A stretch of 64,000 bases of DNA from Catalimonadaceae bacterium (GTDB lineage Bacteria > Bacteroidota > Bacteroidia > Cytophagales > Flexibacteraceae). The position numbers and the translations under genes are program-made. Shown here piece by piece: positions 28,398-37,234 of this stretch. Numbering within the stretch: the first letter of the stretch is position 1; the number at the start of each line of letters is the position of its first letter. Under the pieces are notes generated by a model that worked only from the letters and a program-made list of their open reading frames with translations, ran no database searches and was not told where the DNA came from. The stretch spans positions 11,468-75,467 of the forward strand of contig DAIRSZ010000001.1 in the NCBI GenBank assembly GCA_036804165.1, given 5' to 3'.

Positions 28398-28589
28398 ATG
28401 ACAACCGGTAAAATCAAGTTTTTTAACCAGTCTAAGGGCTATGGCTTCATTGTCCCTAACGACGGTAACCAAGAGATTTTCGTGCATGCCACGGGTCTGG
28501 TGGATCAGGTGCGCGAGAACGACGACGTTACTTTCGAACTAGTGCAAGGCAAGAAAGGTCTCAACGCTGTCAACGTGCGTCGGGCCTGA
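28398..28589 (+). CDS. cold-shock protein (CspA family)
   Basis: 63 aa. GKIKFFNQSKGYGFI (RNP1) and IFVHATG (RNP2). Confidence 0.95.
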   Translation: MTTGKIKFFNQSKGYGFIVPNDGNQEIFVHATGLVDQVRENDDVTFELVQGKKGLNAVNVRRA

Positions 28590-28612
28590 TCATATACCGC
28601 TTATGAATGAAA

Positions 28613-28641
28613 AAGCCCTCCGTCCGGAGGGCTTTTTTTGT
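28613..28641 (+). terminator. rho-independent terminator, probably bidirectional (csp / tonB-like)
   Basis: AAAAAGCCCTCCGTCCGGAGGGCTTTTTTTG. 8-bp stem AGCCCTCC/GGAGGGCT with a 4-nt loop, a T7 tail, and an A-run on the other side. Confidence 0.8.
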
Positions 28642-28678
28642 GCCTATCGGCCATCAGCCGCCTTGTCTGCTCCCGACG

Positions 28679-29134
28679 CTAATATTCGTACGTGGCAATG
28701 GTGCTGTTTTGCAACGTGAAGCGCACCACCAGAATGGACTTGGTCTTGATGTTGTACGGGTTGAGTTGCGGCACGGCCAAACCCGACGGAGCACGGCGCA
28801 GGGCTGCTTCGGCGGTTTCGTCGCACCCGTGCCCGATGCCTTGCAGGGTGCGCACCTCGGTGATGAGGCCGTTTTCTTGCACAAAATATTCGAGATATAC
28901 TTCTCCTTCTACGCCTGCCTGGAGGGCGGCTTCTGGGTAGGTCACCGTCTGGCGCACATAATCATGGAGGGTGGGGTTAGGCCCATTTGGGCTGATCATA
29001 GCCTGATGGAGTGGGGAATGCTGGCTTTGGTGCGCCGTCTGGGCCTGGCTTTGGGTGGGCAGCGAGGTGCTGAAAAGCAAGTCACCCAGACCAGCGACTG
29101 CGATGTGCCAAATGATGTTGTGAAGATGTCGCAT
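28679..29134 (-). CDS. TonB C-terminal domain protein
   Basis: I chose the ATG at 29134 (MRHLHNIIWHIAVAGL..., N-terminal TM). C-terminal TonB_C pattern YPEAALQAGVEGEVYLEYFVQENGLITEVRTLQGIGHGCDETAEAAL. Confidence 0.7.
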   Translation of the reverse strand: MRHLHNIIWHIAVAGLGDLLFSTSLPTQSQAQTAHQSQHSPLHQAMISPNGPNPTLHDYVRQTVTYPEAALQAGVEGEVYLEYFVQENGLITEVRTLQGIGHGCDETAEAALRRAPSGLAVPQLNPYNIKTKSILVVRFTLQNSTIATYEY

Positions 29135-29199
29135 AAGGAAAGATGGAAGCCTAGTAGCGAAAGATACACCTCGGCACGGCACTTTTGAAATTTATATCA

Positions 29200-29207
29200 C
29201 AAAAGTA
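29200..29207 (-). promoter_or_regulatory. candidate -7 promoter box (TActTTTG) upstream of the tonB-like gene
   Basis: Plus-strand CAAAAGTA is TACTTTTG on the minus strand, about 66 nt upstream of the ATG at 29134, inside an AT-rich spacer. Confidence 0.3.
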
Positions 29208-29418
29208 ACATTCAAAATTTGGCTTTTAGCAGAACTATGTTTCATAAGTGTGCATTTTTAATCTTTTCGTTACATTGTTTGTGCGTGAGAAAGTGGCTCG
29301 ATATGCCCCGCACACATCCCGATGGGGCCATTCAAGTAGGATGATCACCTGATTTGTTACAGGCGAAATCTTTTTCCCAAAAGGGGGGCGAAGTCGCTCA
29401 CTTTCTGGTGGCGATCCT

Positions 29419-29685
29419 TTATCTTGCTTCGGGGAAATAAGAGTGCAGCCACCTGGCCAACGGTTCGGGTTCGGCTTTTTTCAGCCATTGGTTGGCAGGT
29501 TGCAAACACACCACGGGCGCGTCGTCGCAGCGGTCTGTGCAGTGCATCTGAATCAGTTCGACCGTGCCGGGAAGGGCGGTGTGCCGCAAATGCTTGCGAA
29601 TGGCTTTGCAAAGGTCTTTGCTTCCTTTTTTGCGGCATTTGCTGCCGCTACAGACGAATACAATGTGCGCGGTTGTCGGGGTCAT
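29419..29685 (-). CDS. thioredoxin-like [2Fe-2S] ferredoxin-domain protein
   Basis: 88 aa. Cys pattern VFVCSGSKC ... HCTDRC (CxxxxC ... CxxxC) is characteristic of this family. Confidence 0.6.
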   Translation of the reverse strand: MTPTTAHIVFVCSGSKCRKKGSKDLCKAIRKHLRHTALPGTVELIQMHCTDRCDDAPVVCLQPANQWLKKAEPEPLARWLHSYFPEAR

Positions 29686-29750
29686 TTGTCAAAACCGGGA
29701 TGAGCGTAGTTTCAGTAAGGATCATTATACGCTACTACACCTTCAACAGT

Positions 29751-30314
29751 ATGAATAAATTGTTTATGTGGAGTCTTTGCGGGTTGCTCACCGCTTGCCT
29801 GGGCACACGCGAGACTTTCACCGAGTCGGACTACAGCTATTACGGGCGCTTCAAGACCTACCGCACCTTCAGCTTTATCGAAGACCTCAGCCCCAACCGG
29901 ACAGAAGAAGCCGTCGCCCTGGATTTGCCCCTGCGGACGGCCATCACCAAGCGAATGCGTTTGCAGGGCTACGAAATGACCGAGAGCGACCCGAGCCTCC
30001 TGGTCTCCTATCGCATTTTCTACGATGACCTGCGCTTTCAGGGCTATCGGCAGCCGGAACTGGAGCGCTGGGTAGAACTTGGCCGCGAAGAAGACAAATA
30101 CGACCCCGTGAAGTACCAACTCCGGAAAGGCACGCTGCTGATCCTGTTCTACGACCGCAAACAAGAGCGTACCATCTGGCAAGGCTACACCTCGGGCGTA
30201 TTTGGCCAGCCCTTTCTCGACAGTGAGCGGTCCCTCAACCGGGCTGTTCGCTCTATCCTGGATCGGTACCGCCTTTTTGCCGAAGGCTATATTGCCGATA
30301 AGGACAATAGTTGA
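29751..30314 (+). CDS. DUF4136-like lipoprotein
   Basis: I chose the ATG at 29751 (MNKLFMWSLCGLLTAC lipobox); the 5' part of the track ORF 29424.. is antisense to the ferredoxin gene. LLILFYDRKQERTIWQGYTSGVF resembles DUF4136. Confidence 0.65.
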   Translation: MNKLFMWSLCGLLTACLGTRETFTESDYSYYGRFKTYRTFSFIEDLSPNRTEEAVALDLPLRTAITKRMRLQGYEMTESDPSLLVSYRIFYDDLRFQGYRQPELERWVELGREEDKYDPVKYQLRKGTLLILFYDRKQERTIWQGYTSGVFGQPFLDSERSLNRAVRSILDRYRLFAEGYIADKDNS

Positions 30315-31745
30315 TCAGAGTTCGAACGTTTCGCCCCGAGCGGGAATCTCGACGCGATCGAAGCCGTTGGCCCCCAAGGCTTCGCGGAACTCGACCATCG
30401 AGGGATATTCGCCGTGCACCAGAAACAGCCGCTGCAGGCGCTCGGGCCGCTGAAACGAAACAAACTGCAGCAAATCGTCGAGGTCGCCGTGGCCACTGAA
30501 AATGTCCGTCCGCTCTATGCGGGCCAGCACTTCGTAGGCCTTACCACGCAGCCGCACTTCCTTTTCGCCCATCATCAGTTGGTGGCCCACCGTGCCGGGA
30601 GCGGCAAAGCCAATCATCAGAATGGTGCAGTAAGGATTTTGCAGGTTGACTTCCATGTGCTGCTCGATTCGACCACCCCGCACCATGCCCGACGAAGACA
30701 CGATGATGCACGGCTGGCCGTGGTTGGAAACCGCCCGGCTTTCCTTGAGGCTCTTGACGTACTGCAAACTGCCAAAGTCGAAGAGTTCCTGGTGCTCGGC
30801 CCGAAAACCGCGGGCTTCGGCATTGAGCAGGTGCTGGAAGTTTTCGTACACCTCGGTGCTGCGCAGGGCCAGCGGACTGTCCGAAAAAATGGGGATGCGG
30901 TCGAACTGGCGATTCAAGTAAAGCTTATTGAGCACGTAGAGCAGGGCTTGCGTACGGCCTACGCTGAAGGCCGGAATCAGCAGCCGCCCCGGAATATCCA
31001 CGCAGGCCCGCTGGATAATGTCGGCCAGGATGTCTTCGGGATCGCCCGCATCGCGGTGGCGGCGGTTGCCATAAGTGGACTCGCACACCAGATAATCCAC
31101 TTCAGGAAACGGGTCGGGGTCGGGCAGCAGGGGGTAGTTCTTGCGGCCCAAGTCGCCCGAAAAGCCAATGGTTTTGGTCTGGCCATTTTCGGTGATCTCG
31201 AGCAGGATGTTGGCTGCCCCCAGCAAATGCCCCGTCGGAATGAAGGTAACACTCACCTGATCGTTCAGCCTAAATTTACGATTGAATGCCACCGTGACAA
31301 ACTGCTCCATGGCTGCCTGCACTTGTCGCTCCAGGTAAAGTCCTTCGGTGTTCATGCCGGGGCGGCGGCCGCCCCGGCGGCGTTTGCCCCCTTGCAAAGC
31401 CTTGATCTTGCGCAAGTGCAGGTTGGCGCTGTCGAGGAGCAACAAATGCGCAAGGGCCTCGGTAGGTGCTGTGCAGAGCACCTGTCCCTCAAAACCCTCT
31501 TCCATCAAGTTGGGAATGTTACCCGAATGGTCAATGTGGGCGTGCGTGAGCAGTACCACGTTGATCATCGAAGCCTCGAAGGGGAAAAGCGGCTGATAGC
31601 TGCTGCGTTCGGACTCTTGGCGGGCTTCGCGCTCGCGCACCATGTCTAGCCCACAATCAATGAGGATTCGGTAATCGTCGGCCAATTCTAGCAGGAACAT
31701 ACTGCCGGTGACCTGACGGGCGGCTCCCCAGAAAGTTATTTTCAT
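30315..31745 (-). CDS. MBL-fold metallo-hydrolase, beta-CASP RNA-metabolising family
   Basis: I chose the ATG at 31745 (MKITFWGAARQVTGS). THAHIDHSGNIP is the HxHxDH motif. C-terminal beta-CASP and RNA-specificity region (IFSGHGD). Confidence 0.85.
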   Translation of the reverse strand: MKITFWGAARQVTGSMFLLELADDYRILIDCGLDMVREREARQESERSSYQPLFPFEASMINVVLLTHAHIDHSGNIPNLMEEGFEGQVLCTAPTEALAHLLLLDSANLHLRKIKALQGGKRRRGGRRPGMNTEGLYLERQVQAAMEQFVTVAFNRKFRLNDQVSVTFIPTGHLLGAANILLEITENGQTKTIGFSGDLGRKNYPLLPDPDPFPEVDYLVCESTYGNRRHRDAGDPEDILADIIQRACVDIPGRLLIPAFSVGRTQALLYVLNKLYLNRQFDRIPIFSDSPLALRSTEVYENFQHLLNAEARGFRAEHQELFDFGSLQYVKSLKESRAVSNHGQPCIIVSSSGMVRGGRIEQHMEVNLQNPYCTILMIGFAAPGTVGHQLMMGEKEVRLRGKAYEVLARIERTDIFSGHGDLDDLLQFVSFQRPERLQRLFLVHGEYPSMVEFREALGANGFDRVEIPARGETFEL

Positions 31746-31824
31746 AAAGGAAAGAAAAGACGGCAAATGTGCCAGCATCTATTATCAAGCAAAAGTAAGG
31801 GAAGCGATGCACATTAAAAATGTA

Positions 31825-32334
31825 CTATTCGGCTACTACGTTGCGCTCCATTCGGTAGTCGTTCATCCAATAAGGCCCAAAAGGAAGGTCTTCGCTCGCC
31901 ACGATCCGGAACCCGCAGCGCTCATAAAAAAAGCGCGCCGGGTTGTGGCGATTTACGTTGAGCACCAACTGCGAGACGCCCGCCCGTACGGCCAGTTGGA
32001 CAAGGTGTGTCAGCAAAGCCCGCCCCCCACCAGACTTTTGCCGGGCGGGACAGACGTAAAGTTTATGGATTTTCCAGGCCGAGGCCGCCGCCGCCGGGCC
32101 GTAGGAAAGAAAGCCCCCGGGCTGTGCGCCGTGCAGCAGCAACAAAAAGTGGTGGCCGTCGGTAGTCATTTGGGCACGGAGTGCCTCGGTCGAATACATG
32201 GCGTCGAACATAAACTCCGACTGCGCCTCAGACAAGATAGGGACGTAGGTCGGAAACCAAGTGGACGTTGCCACGGCCCGGATGTGGCCAATATCCGCTG
32301 GCGTGGCGGCGCGTATCTGATGGGCAAAAGGCAT
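31825..32334 (-). CDS. GNAT family N-acetyltransferase
   Basis: I chose the ATG at 32334 ([18 protein letters not shown]). Acetyl-CoA motif-A-like ARQKSGGGRALL. ...FYERCGFRIV. Confidence 0.8.
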   Translation of the reverse strand: MPFAHQIRAATPADIGHIRAVATSTWFPTYVPILSEAQSEFMFDAMYSTEALRAQMTTDGHHFLLLLHGAQPGGFLSYGPAAAASAWKIHKLYVCPARQKSGGGRALLTHLVQLAVRAGVSQLVLNVNRHNPARFFYERCGFRIVASEDLPFGPYWMNDYRMERNVVAE

Positions 32335-33868
32335 GACAAGATCGGATAGATGGCTATTGCTATGGTGGCTGGCCCTTGCGGGCGTGGTGTGGCTGCGTGC
32401 GCACCCGCTCGGCACGTGGCTATCAAGCGCACAGACACCGCTACGCATGGCCGAACGGCTGTACCAAAGCGAAGGTTTGCGCTTGCCCGACTCGCCAGCA
32501 GGCAGACTGCCCTTGGCGAGCAGATCGGTCGGCTACGAGTGGCTGGTAACGGGCCTTGGCCGTCCGACAGGGTTGGCGGCCGAAGCGGCGGCAGTGCTGC
32601 TCAACCTACTGCTGCTCGGCGGTTGTTTGCTCTGGCTGCGCCGGGCCGTGCCCGAGCGTGCCTGGTTTGTGGCATTGATATTCGGGAGCTTTTCGCTCGT
32701 AGAGGTGTTTGCCTACCCCCGACCCGAATCGGCCTTTTTGTTCGGAGTGCTGTGGCTCAGCACGGTGCTGACGCGCTACCTGGCAGCCGAGGGCGGCCGT
32801 AGCCGGCTGTTGAGTCTTTTGGCAGCCGTGCTGTGGTTGTTTCTGATGCGCCCCACGGGGCTGTTTGCCGTAGGTGTGCTCGAGGTGGCGGGTGCCTATT
32901 TGTTTTTGGCGGGTCGCCCCCAGCCTGCCCTGCAGCTGTGGGGGCTTGCGTTGGTGGCTTTGCTGATGGTGGGCGTGTACCTCTACGCGAGCCTGCCCGC
33001 GCTGGGCTACATCACGGGGCCTTCGCGGGCGGCAAGTGCCTTGCCGTTGGGACATTTGCTACAACAGTTGTTGATTACGCTGACCGACGAGTTCTTCGTG
33101 ATGGCAGCCTATGCGCCCACCCGTTCGTACGCCCTGGCGGTGGGGGCGCAGCTTCTGCTGATGGCAGCAGCAGCGTGGCGGGCCCAGGCGGCCCGGCCGT
33201 GGCCTGCCTTCCGGCCGACCGATGGCCTGGCGGTGGTCTGGCTCGTCACGGGCATCATCTACCTGCTGGTACTGTTGGTCCTGCGCTGGCAATACGCCAC
33301 CGAGCCGCTCGATTTTCGTTCGCTGAGTCCGTTTACGCTGCTGGTGGGGCTGGCCCTGCTGCACTACATGGCCAGTCCGGCTCGCCCTGTGCTCTACGCC
33401 CGCGTACGACCATTTGTGATGGCTTTGTTCGTGTTGTCGCTGGCGAGCGCCGCGTGGCCACGCACCTGGTCATTGGCCAGCGGCTCAGGGGTTGGCTTGT
33501 ACGCGCAACTGAATGCAGTCGGCCGTGCGCCGCAACTGGTGGGCGCAGCCAGCGGGCACGTAGAGGGCTTGGTCGGGCGCGTTGAGCAAGAAGTGTGCTG
33601 CCCGTCCCGATGGGCCGACAATGCGCACTTCGAGCGTGCCAGCCAGGGCCACCAGCACCTGCGCTACGGCCAGTGCCGGACGGCTGACATCTTCGCGGCG
33701 CGAGGCCACGTGCCAGCTTACCTGACCCACGGCAAAGGGCAGGTGACGCACCACCTCGGCGACGGTGAGCAGGCCAGTGGCGGCGTGCCCCACGGTTTGC
33801 AAAGGCACCAAGTGGGGAACTTCCGTACGCGGAGAATCGGCCAGCATAAAACAGAATTTAATCCATAA
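32333..33868 (+). CDS. polytopic membrane protein (hypothetical); 3' end doubtful
   Basis: About 10 hydrophobic helices up to roughly aa 375 (about 33458). The frame then stays open to 33868 with a His/Gly/Arg/Gln-rich non-membrane tail. That tail is exactly antisense to the cupin ORF. Confidence 0.55.
   Translation: MTRSDRWLLLWWLALAGVVWLRAHPLGTWLSSAQTPLRMAERLYQSEGLRLPDSPAGRLPLASRSVGYEWLVTGLGRPTGLAAEAAAVLLNLLLLGGCLLWLRRAVPERAWFVALIFGSFSLVEVFAYPRPESAFLFGVLWLSTVLTRYLAAEGGRSRLLSLLAAVLWLFLMRPTGLFAVGVLEVAGAYLFLAGRPQPALQLWGLALVALLMVGVYLYASLPALGYITGPSRAASALPLGHLLQQLLITLTDEFFVMAAYAPTRSYALAVGAQLLLMAAAAWRAQAARPWPAFRPTDGLAVVWLVTGIIYLLVLLVLRWQYATEPLDFRSLSPFTLLVGLALLHYMASPARPVLYARVRPFVMALFVLSLASAAWPRTWSLASGSGVGLYAQLNAVGRAPQLVGAASGHVEGLVGRVEQEVCCPSRWADNAHFERASQGHQHLRYGQCRTADIFAARGHVPAYLTHGKGQVTHHLGDGEQASGGVPHGLQRHQVGNFRTRRIGQHKTEFNP
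33485..33847 (-). CDS. WxcM/FdtA-like cupin-domain protein with degenerate active-site motif (possible pseudo-enzyme or gene remnant)
   Basis: 120 aa from the ATG at 33847. By eye it aligns along its length to the FdtA pattern: [20 protein letters not shown] versus EQVLVCLNGSCRV, and [18 protein letters not shown] versus LDSPAVGLYVGPAVWHEM. PRGFHAH is replaced by SRPALAV. Confidence 0.5.
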   Translation of the reverse strand: MLADSPRTEVPHLVPLQTVGHAATGLLTVAEVVRHLPFAVGQVSWHVASRREDVSRPALAVAQVLVALAGTLEVRIVGPSGRAAHFLLNAPDQALYVPAGCAHQLRRTADCIQLRVQANP

Positions 33869-33919
33869 AACACGTGTTAACGTAGCCAGAAAGGCCCCCA
33901 AAGGTATGGGCTTTTCGTC

Positions 33920-33927
33920 TATCTTTG
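33920..33927 (+). promoter_or_regulatory. candidate -7 promoter box (TAtcTTTG) upstream of lepA
   Basis: TATCTTTG lies 48 nt upstream of the lepA ATG at 33975. Confidence 0.3.
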
Positions 33928-33974
33928 CGCACTTGTGGCGGGCAAGTACGCACCTTGCCGTTACCCTACACCCT

Positions 33975-35765
33975 ATGAAGCACATCCGGAATTTTTGCAT
34001 CATCGCCCACATTGACCACGGCAAAAGCACCCTGGCCGATCGGCTGCTCCAGTCCACCAAAACCGTTAGCGATCGGGACATGATGGATCAGTTGCTCGAC
34101 AACATGGACCTGGAACGTGAGCGCGGCATCACCATCAAAAGCCACGCCGTCCAGATGGAATACGAACACAACGGCGAGGTGTACGTCCTCAACCTGATTG
34201 ACACGCCCGGCCACGTGGACTTTTCCTACGAGGTATCGCGGGCCATTGCTGCTTGCGAAGGGGCTTTGCTGGTGGTGGATGCCGCCCAGGGCATCGAGGC
34301 CCAGACGATCTCGAACCTCTACCTGGCCATTGGCCACGACCTGGAGATCATCCCGGTGCTCAACAAAATTGATTTGCCCAGTGCCATGCCCGAAGAGGTC
34401 AAAGACCAGATCGTGGAACTGATCGGCTGCGACCGCGACAGCATCCTGATGGCCAGTGCCAAAGAAGGCATCGGCGTGCCGGAGATTCTGGCTGCCATCG
34501 TCGAGCGCATTCCCGCCCCCAAAGGCGACCCCGAAGCGCCGCTGCAAGCCCTGATCTTCGACTCGGTATTTAATCCCTTCCGGGGTATAGAAGTGTATTT
34601 CCGGGTCATGAATGGCTGCATTCGCAAAGGGGATAAAGTCAAGTTTGTCAATACGGGCCGGGTGTACGACGCCGACGAAATCGGGACGCTCAAGATCAAG
34701 CAGTTTCCCCGTCAAGAAATTAATACTGGTGATGTGGGCTACCTCATTTCGGGCATCAAAGAAGCCCGCGAAGTGAAAGTAGGCGATACCATCACGCACC
34801 TGGCACGTCCCTGCTCGGAGGCCATCCAGGGCTTCGAGCTGGTCAAGCCCATGGTGTTTGCGGGCATCTATCCGGTCGAAACCAGCGAGTTCGAAGAATT
34901 GCGCACGGCCATGGAAAAACTACAGCTCAACGATGCCTCGCTGGTGTGGGAACCCGAAACGTCGGCGGCCCTGGGCTTTGGTTTTCGTTGCGGGTTTTTG
35001 GGGATGTTGCACATGGAGATCGTCCAGGAGCGGCTGGAGCGCGAGTTCGACATGACGGTGATCACCACCGTGCCCTCGGTGCAGTTTCACGCCCACCTCA
35101 CCGACGGCACTATGCTCAAGGTGAGTGCGCCTTCCGACATGCCCGACCCTTCGCGCATTGCCCGCATCGAAGAGCCTTTCGTCCGGGCCCAACTCATTAC
35201 CAAAGACGAATACGTGGGCGGCGTGATCTCGCTCTGCATGGAGAAGCGGGGTATTTTCAAAAATCAGGTCTATCTCACGACCGACCGCGTCGAGTTGATC
35301 TTCGAGTTGCCGCTGGCCGAAATCGTGTTCGATTTCTTCGACCGCCTCAAAACCATTTCGCGGGGCTACGCCTCGCTCGACTACGAACTGATTGGCTTTC
35401 AGCCCTCCACGATGGTCAAGCTCGACATCGTGCTCAACGGCGAGCGCGTAGATGCCCTTTCGGCCATCGTACACCGCGACAAGTCCTATGAATGGGGGCG
35501 GCGTCTCTGCGAAAAACTGCGTGAGCTGATTCCGCGCCAGATGTTCGAAATCGCCATTCAGGCTTCGATCGGCACCAAAGTAATTGCCCGCGAGACGGTC
35601 AAGGCCATGCGCAAAAACGTGATTGCCAAGTGCTATGGCGGCGATATTTCGCGCAAGCGCAAACTGCTCGAAAAGCAGAAAAAAGGGAAGAAACGCATGC
35701 GCCAGGTAGGCAGCGTCGAGATTCCGCAGGAAGCTTTCATGGCCGTGCTCAGCCTCAATGCCTGA
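33975..35765 (+). CDS. lepA: translation elongation factor 4
   Basis: I chose the ATG at 33975 ([25 protein letters not shown]), giving 596 aa. G1-G4 GTPase motifs and LepA C-terminal domain present. Confidence 0.96.
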   Translation: MKHIRNFCIIAHIDHGKSTLADRLLQSTKTVSDRDMMDQLLDNMDLERERGITIKSHAVQMEYEHNGEVYVLNLIDTPGHVDFSYEVSRAIAACEGALLVVDAAQGIEAQTISNLYLAIGHDLEIIPVLNKIDLPSAMPEEVKDQIVELIGCDRDSILMASAKEGIGVPEILAAIVERIPAPKGDPEAPLQALIFDSVFNPFRGIEVYFRVMNGCIRKGDKVKFVNTGRVYDADEIGTLKIKQFPRQEINTGDVGYLISGIKEAREVKVGDTITHLARPCSEAIQGFELVKPMVFAGIYPVETSEFEELRTAMEKLQLNDASLVWEPETSAALGFGFRCGFLGMLHMEIVQERLEREFDMTVITTVPSVQFHAHLTDGTMLKVSAPSDMPDPSRIARIEEPFVRAQLITKDEYVGGVISLCMEKRGIFKNQVYLTTDRVELIFELPLAEIVFDFFDRLKTISRGYASLDYELIGFQPSTMVKLDIVLNGERVDALSAIVHRDKSYEWGRRLCEKLRELIPRQMFEIAIQASIGTKVIARETVKAMRKNVIAKCYGGDISRKRKLLEKQKKGKKRMRQVGSVEIPQEAFMAVLSLNA

Positions 35766-35780
35766 TTCAGTTCTTTGCCC

Positions 35781-35812
35781 GGCCCCCATTGTCAGTGCGG
35801 GGCCTTTTTTAT
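35781..35812 (+). terminator. rho-independent terminator of lepA
   Basis: Stem GGCCCC (35781-35786) / GGGGCC (35799-35804), followed by TTTTTTATTTT. Confidence 0.7.
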
Positions 35813-35822
35813 TTTAGCACCC

Positions 35823-36719
35823 ATGATACTACTCGACGGCAAGGCTACGGCCGACCGCATTCGCCAGGACATTACGGCCGAAGTAGCCCAGATGCACCAG
35901 GCGGGCGAAAAAACCCCGCACCTGGCCGCCATTCTGGTGGGCCACAACCCCGCCAGCGAAGCCTACGTGCGCAACAAAGTCAAAGACTGCGAAGAGGTGG
36001 GCTTTCGCTCGTCGTTGTTTCGCTTCGCAAGCGAGGTGACCGAAAGCGAGCTGCTGGCGCAAATACGGGCCGTCAACGACGACAACGACATAGACGGGCT
36101 GATTGTGCAGTTGCCCCTGCCCGACCACATTTCGTCCGAGCGGGTCACCGACACCATCGCCCCCGACAAGGATGTGGACGGTTTTCACCCGGCCAACGTG
36201 GGCCGAATGGCCAAAGGGTTGCCCACGTACTTGCCCGCCACGCCCTACGGTATCTTGCTGCTGCTCGAACACTATCAGGTTGAAACCTCGGGCAGGCACT
36301 GCGTCGTGATTGGGCGCAGTCACATTGTGGGTTCGCCGATGAGCATCTTGCTGGCCCGCAACGCCTATCCGGGCAATTGCACCGTGACCATCTGCCACAG
36401 CCGAACCAAAAACTTGGCTGACCTCACCCGCCAGGCCGACATCGTGGTGGCGGCCCTGGGTGTGCCCGAATTTCTGAAGGCCGACATGGTGAAAGAAGGG
36501 GCCGTGGTGGTGGACGTGGGCATCAGCCGCGTGACCGACGCTGGCCGCAAAAGTGGCTTTGCCCTGCGTGGCGACGTGGCCTTCGACGAGGTAGCTCTGC
36601 GCTGCAGCTACATCACACCCGTGCCCGGCGGTGTGGGGCCGATGACCCGCGTGGGACTGCTCAAAAACACGTTGTTGGCAGCCCGCAGTGCCATCTATAG
36701 TCCCGCACGGACGTCCTGA
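35823..36719 (+). CDS. folD: bifunctional methylenetetrahydrofolate dehydrogenase / methenyltetrahydrofolate cyclohydrolase
   Basis: I chose the ATG at 35823 ([14 protein letters not shown]). [22 protein letters not shown] and [10 protein letters not shown] motifs. Confidence 0.95.
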   Translation: MILLDGKATADRIRQDITAEVAQMHQAGEKTPHLAAILVGHNPASEAYVRNKVKDCEEVGFRSSLFRFASEVTESELLAQIRAVNDDNDIDGLIVQLPLPDHISSERVTDTIAPDKDVDGFHPANVGRMAKGLPTYLPATPYGILLLLEHYQVETSGRHCVVIGRSHIVGSPMSILLARNAYPGNCTVTICHSRTKNLADLTRQADIVVAALGVPEFLKADMVKEGAVVVDVGISRVTDAGRKSGFALRGDVAFDEVALRCSYITPVPGGVGPMTRVGLLKNTLLAARSAIYSPARTS

Positions 36720-37201
36720 TGCGCAAGTGGCTGGCCTTCGACCAACACCCCCGGCGGGGCCTGGTTTTCCGCAGTGCGTGGGTACACACGGTGGTGCAAC
36801 TGGCCTGGGCCGTGCTGCTGATGGGCCGCGAGGTCTTGTACTTGCCGCTGCTGTTGGCCAATGCCCCCGGCATTTTCTATTTGCCCATACAGTTTCCGCT
36901 GACGGGTTTGTTGCTGGTAGGGGCCTACGTGTGGGGAGAGCGCCGCTTTCCCTACCACCTGCCGCAAGGGCGAGCCGCATTGGCGTTGCTGTTTTTTGTG
37001 GGGAGCGCTGCAGTGGGCAGCTGGCTCGTTATCTTTCTGAGTTTCTGGATCAAAGCGGGCAGCAGTGCCCATCCGGGGGCACTGGCCGCCACGTGGGCCA
37101 GCTTTGTGCTTACGTACATATTGCCAGCCTTGCTGATGGGCGAAATCATCCGGCAGCGTTTGCTGTTTCCTAAGGTATATACCCACCAGACGGGGGCCTG
37201 A
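36719..37201 (+). CDS. hypothetical membrane protein
   Basis: 160 aa with about 4 TM helices. Its ATG overlaps the folD stop (TGATG). Confidence 0.55.
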   Translation: MRKWLAFDQHPRRGLVFRSAWVHTVVQLAWAVLLMGREVLYLPLLLANAPGIFYLPIQFPLTGLLLVGAYVWGERRFPYHLPQGRAALALLFFVGSAAVGSWLVIFLSFWIKAGSSAHPGALAATWASFVLTYILPALLMGEIIRQRLLFPKVYTHQTGA

Positions 37202-37234
37202 GCACGCGCTGATCCTCTAGTTTTTGTTTTGAGT

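Noticed and set aside
27837-28400. Frameshifted canonical IscA C-terminus downstream of the premature stop
   Set aside because: I translated the other two forward frames through about 28400 and found no CGCG or NPNA-like motif, so the truncation is not a simple indel artefact visible in this sequence.
33765-33974. N-terminal extensions in ORF-track entries. Examples: lepA from 33765, DUF4136 from 29424, rsfS to 48565, rpsA to 26949, pyk to 56044, the BamA-like gene to 13820, lpxH to 45871, and GNAT to 32448.
   Set aside because: Internal ATG or GTG starts give family-typical N-termini or signal peptides. The extensions overlap neighbouring genes, promoters or terminators.
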